DNA of 64,000 nucleotides, taken from positions 706 through 64,705 of IMG/VR virus record IMGVR_UViG_3300024181_000005; one strand, 5' to 3'. Origin of the DNA: a virus (lineage: Duplodnaviria > Caudoviricetes). This document shows, one piece after another, positions 61,591-64,000 of the stretch. Numbering within the stretch: position 1 is the first letter of the stretch; every line of letters starts with the position of its first letter. The notes beneath the pieces were generated by a model. That model was not told the origin of the DNA. It made no database searches and saw only the letters and a program-made list of their open reading frames with translations. Position numbers and translations under genes: made by a program.

Positions 61591-64000
61591 TTAGATCCCC
61601 CAAGATTCTTCGTCCCAGCCAGGCTCGCCGTCCCACATTCCTACCGGGAGTTGGCGGACCAAAGCGAGATCCTGTGTGTATTCTGGACCATCTGCATTAT
61701 GCACCACTGACAGCACTCTCCAGTTGCCGTCGGCCTGAGTGTCAACCGCGTCGGCAATCGTGACAAGCTGGCCCGGCTTGCGCCGGGGATCACCCATCAC
61801 CGTGACGCTCAGTTCGGGACGGGGCCGCGCCATGATCGACACGAGCCAGTTAGCCACCGTCGTCGCATCCTCGCGATTGTCCACCCACGGAATCTGTGTA
61901 GAGAGGGCTCGCTCCCTGCGCGTGGCCACCGAGCCCGCATCGCGAGCGGTCACGTATGACGTGGCCTTCGTCACGGCGTTCCCTCGGATCACCATGAACG
62001 GGATGGCGTCGCCGTCGTTGGCCAGCCAGGCTGACCGCAGCAGCAGGTTCGTGAATCGAACCGTGACTGTGCTCGAGGTGTACGACATCACGCGTGCCTT
62101 GACCTGAGACCAACTCACATTAATGCCGGTTGCATCGGGCTCAGTGTTCACGGTCATGTAGTGACCGATACCCGTGGGCGGCACGGTGCCGTCAATCTCT
62201 GAATCGCTCAGATTCCAGAGCGTCCAGTTTCCCGCTGTGTCGGAGCCCGGGAGGGGCTTGCCGTACAGCTCGGATGTCGGCGTGTCCAGCGTGAACGTGA
62301 CCGTGCTTACGCCACGCGGGATCTCCATAGCCTGACTGATCGTGAGCACCGGAACGGCCATCGTGCTGACGCTGACCTCGTCGTATTCCACGGTGATAAC
62401 GTTGCGCATCTTGGTGGGGTCCAGCGTGACATTCAGCTCCGAGGCGTTCACCTCAGTATCCACGATCTCCGTCGGCGTCATCTGCTCGGCCTCGCCGAAG
62501 TAGGTCAGCGGCAGGAAGTTAAGGTTGTCATTCTCATCAGCCCGATAGGCCGACAGGGTAGCCCGTGCTAGCTCGGCCAGAGTAGCCCACCCCGTTATCG
62601 GGGTCACCTCGGCTAGACCTGTCAGCGTGAGCCCTGTCGGCCGCGTAATGGCGTTCTGGCTCGGCGCGGCAGGCGTCGGGTAATGCACGGCGAAGGTGTC
62701 GGAGAACGGCTGGCCTGCCTCAATCTGCACATCGGACAATGGCAGATGCGTCTCGAGGAAGTTGTTGATGGGGTCACTGTCACTCGTGCCGCTCTTCACC
62801 CTATCGCGGTCGTGCACAGGCCAGAGTGCCGGGTTGAGCGGCAGGTTGACCTGCCAGTAATTGTTCGAGGTGGTCGTGCCATCCATGAACACTTTCGCGA
62901 CCCCGGTACCGAGGTCCCAGGCCAGGCTGACGAAGTGCCAGGCGCCGTCCGTCGGTAGAGCCCCGACCGAGGCATAGAGCAGCGTCTGATACCCCGTTGA
63001 ATCGCTGCCCATCGTGACCTGCCACTGACGGTTGCTCGACAAGCACTTGAACTGGAGATACCCGAGCACACCCGTATGTGCCGCGTTGTAGAGCTGGAGG
63101 GTATATCTGAAGATGAAATCCTTGTCCGTATTGCTCGTATCGATCAGGTACTGCGGATTGCTCGTGACCGCATCACCCCTAATCCAGAAAGAGATACGAC
63201 CGACAGAGTTCGTCTGGCTGAACTGGTCATTGAGCTGCGCCGTGCCACTCAAGAACGGCAGGGCTTCCGTGGTTGGATACAGCTCCAGGTTGACGCCCTC
63301 GACATGCGTGGCATCCTGGCAGGCGAACACGCCCGTATGGAAGGGACCCGGGACGAACGTGGGGCGGGGTGTCGGTCCCGGCCATGCCGGTCCGATGCCA
63401 CCCGCATCGTAGTCCTCGCGATAGGTGAAGTTCGGACCCTCGGTGACGATGAAGCTATCCGCATCCAGGAAGGCATGCGTTGACCCGTACATCGGGTTCC
63501 AGTAGATCGTATAGGGCGTCGGTGCTGGGCCCGCGAACTGACCGCCCCGGGCCGCGATCCACAACGCCACCCAGTCCGGCGTCATGCCCTCGCGCTGGCC
63601 CCAGACCTCCGGGAGCACGAGCGAACGGTCGAGATCTAGTCGCGTCTTGCTCACGGCCTTCATCTGGGCCTGGCCGCCCTCAGCGAGCACAATGTCCGCC
63701 ATCTGACCCCGATGGATGGTGGTCGGGATGGGCCCGCCTGCACCCAGCACGTTGAAGTCGATGCGGGTGGCTGCGGTGTCCCGCTCTCGGCCGTACACCG
63801 GGCTGTTGCGGTTGAAGGGCGAGAAGAACTCCCGGGCACCCATCCTCTTGCGATCGACCACCATCACCGGTATGGCGATCATCGTGGCAATCGAAATGCT
63901 GGAAGCCGAGGTACCCGTCACGACCTGCGCACCCTCGGCCCGGTACGCCGTAGAACTGATCATGATGTCCATCGTCGAGCTAGCCTCGTTCAGCTCGGTT
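61591..64000 (-). CDS. Minor tail (tail-tip/hub) protein, 3' part, with LamG-like domain
   Basis: Frame open to the window end; DGAWHFV motif; C-terminal GDPRRKPGQLVTI...WRVLSV. Confidence 0.85.
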   Translation of the reverse strand, partial: TELNEASSTMDIMISSTAYRAEGAQVVTGTSASSISIATMIAIPVMVVDRKRMGAREFFSPFNRNSPVYGRERDTAATRIDFNVLGAGGPIPTTIHRGQMADIVLAEGGQAQMKAVSKTRLDLDRSLVLPEVWGQREGMTPDWVALWIAARGGQFAGPAPTPYTIYWNPMYGSTHAFLDADSFIVTEGPNFTYREDYDAGGIGPAWPGPTPRPTFVPGPFHTGVFACQDATHVEGVNLELYPTTEALPFLSGTAQLNDQFSQTNSVGRISFWIRGDAVTSNPQYLIDTSNTDKDFIFRYTLQLYNAAHTGVLGYLQFKCLSSNRQWQVTMGSDSTGYQTLLYASVGALPTDGAWHFVSLAWDLGTGVAKVFMDGTTTSNNYWQVNLPLNPALWPVHDRDRVKSGTSDSDPINNFLETHLPLSDVQIEAGQPFSDTFAVHYPTPAAPSQNAITRPTGLTLTGLAEVTPITGWATLAELARATLSAYRADENDNLNFLPLTYFGEAEQMTPTEIVDTEVNASELNVTLDPTKMRNVITVEYDEVSVSTMAVPVLTISQAMEIPRGVSTVTFTLDTPTSELYGKPLPGSDTAGNWTLWNLSDSEIDGTVPPTGIGHYMTVNTEPDATGINVSWSQVKARVMSYTSSTVTVRFTNLLLRSAWLANDGDAIPFMVIRGNAVTKATSYVTARDAGSVATRRERALSTQIPWVDNREDATTVANWLVSIMARPRPELSVTVMGDPRRKPGQLVTIADAVDTQADGNWRVLSVVHNADGPEYTQDLALVRQLPVGMWDGEPGWDEESWGI

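Noticed and set aside
77-63755. Numerous long plus-strand ORFs in the ORF track
   Set aside because: Antisense shadows of high-GC minus-strand genes; no RBS, no recognisable motifs, fully overlapping credible genes

Overview
Near-complete genome of a high-GC, long-tailed (siphovirus-like) actinobacteriophage. Every credible gene is on the minus strand. The contig is circularly permuted: both ends fall inside what is probably one minor tail gene, with a small piece missing. In transcription order (64000->1) the window holds: tail tip; lysis cassette (M15-like endolysin, 4 membrane genes, secreted neprosin-family peptidase); an early region of small self-contained promoter+RBS cassettes; SNF2 helicase; recombination module (Cas4/RecB-like nuclease, Sak4-like ATPase, SSB-like protein); primase-MCM helicase; a nucleotide-metabolism/possible DNA-modification cluster around a DnaE polymerase (FAD oxidoreductase, Asn-synthase-like ligase, HAD nucleotidase, NMAD1/DUF1599-like protein, Fe-S-less UDG4, dCTP deaminase, VOC-like protein, SDR, ThyX variant); RuvC-like resolvase; packaging genes with accessory genes between terS and terL (GH26 hydrolase, JAB metalloprotease); portal; MuF fused to an ADP-ribosyltransferase; a fibre-like module; head, neck and tail genes. 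No integrase, repressor or partition genes were seen. A Micromonosporaceae-like host is inferred from protein style only. Non-coding signals of note: three atypical tRNA-like elements sharing an N-CGCA 3' trailer, a dispersed asymmetric CTGCGG...GGGAGGG motif, nine sigmaA-like promoters (several with the -35 in a hairpin loop), twin intergenic control regions, and a +1 frameshift site in the tail chaperone. Family assignments come from motif recognition by eye, not database searches.
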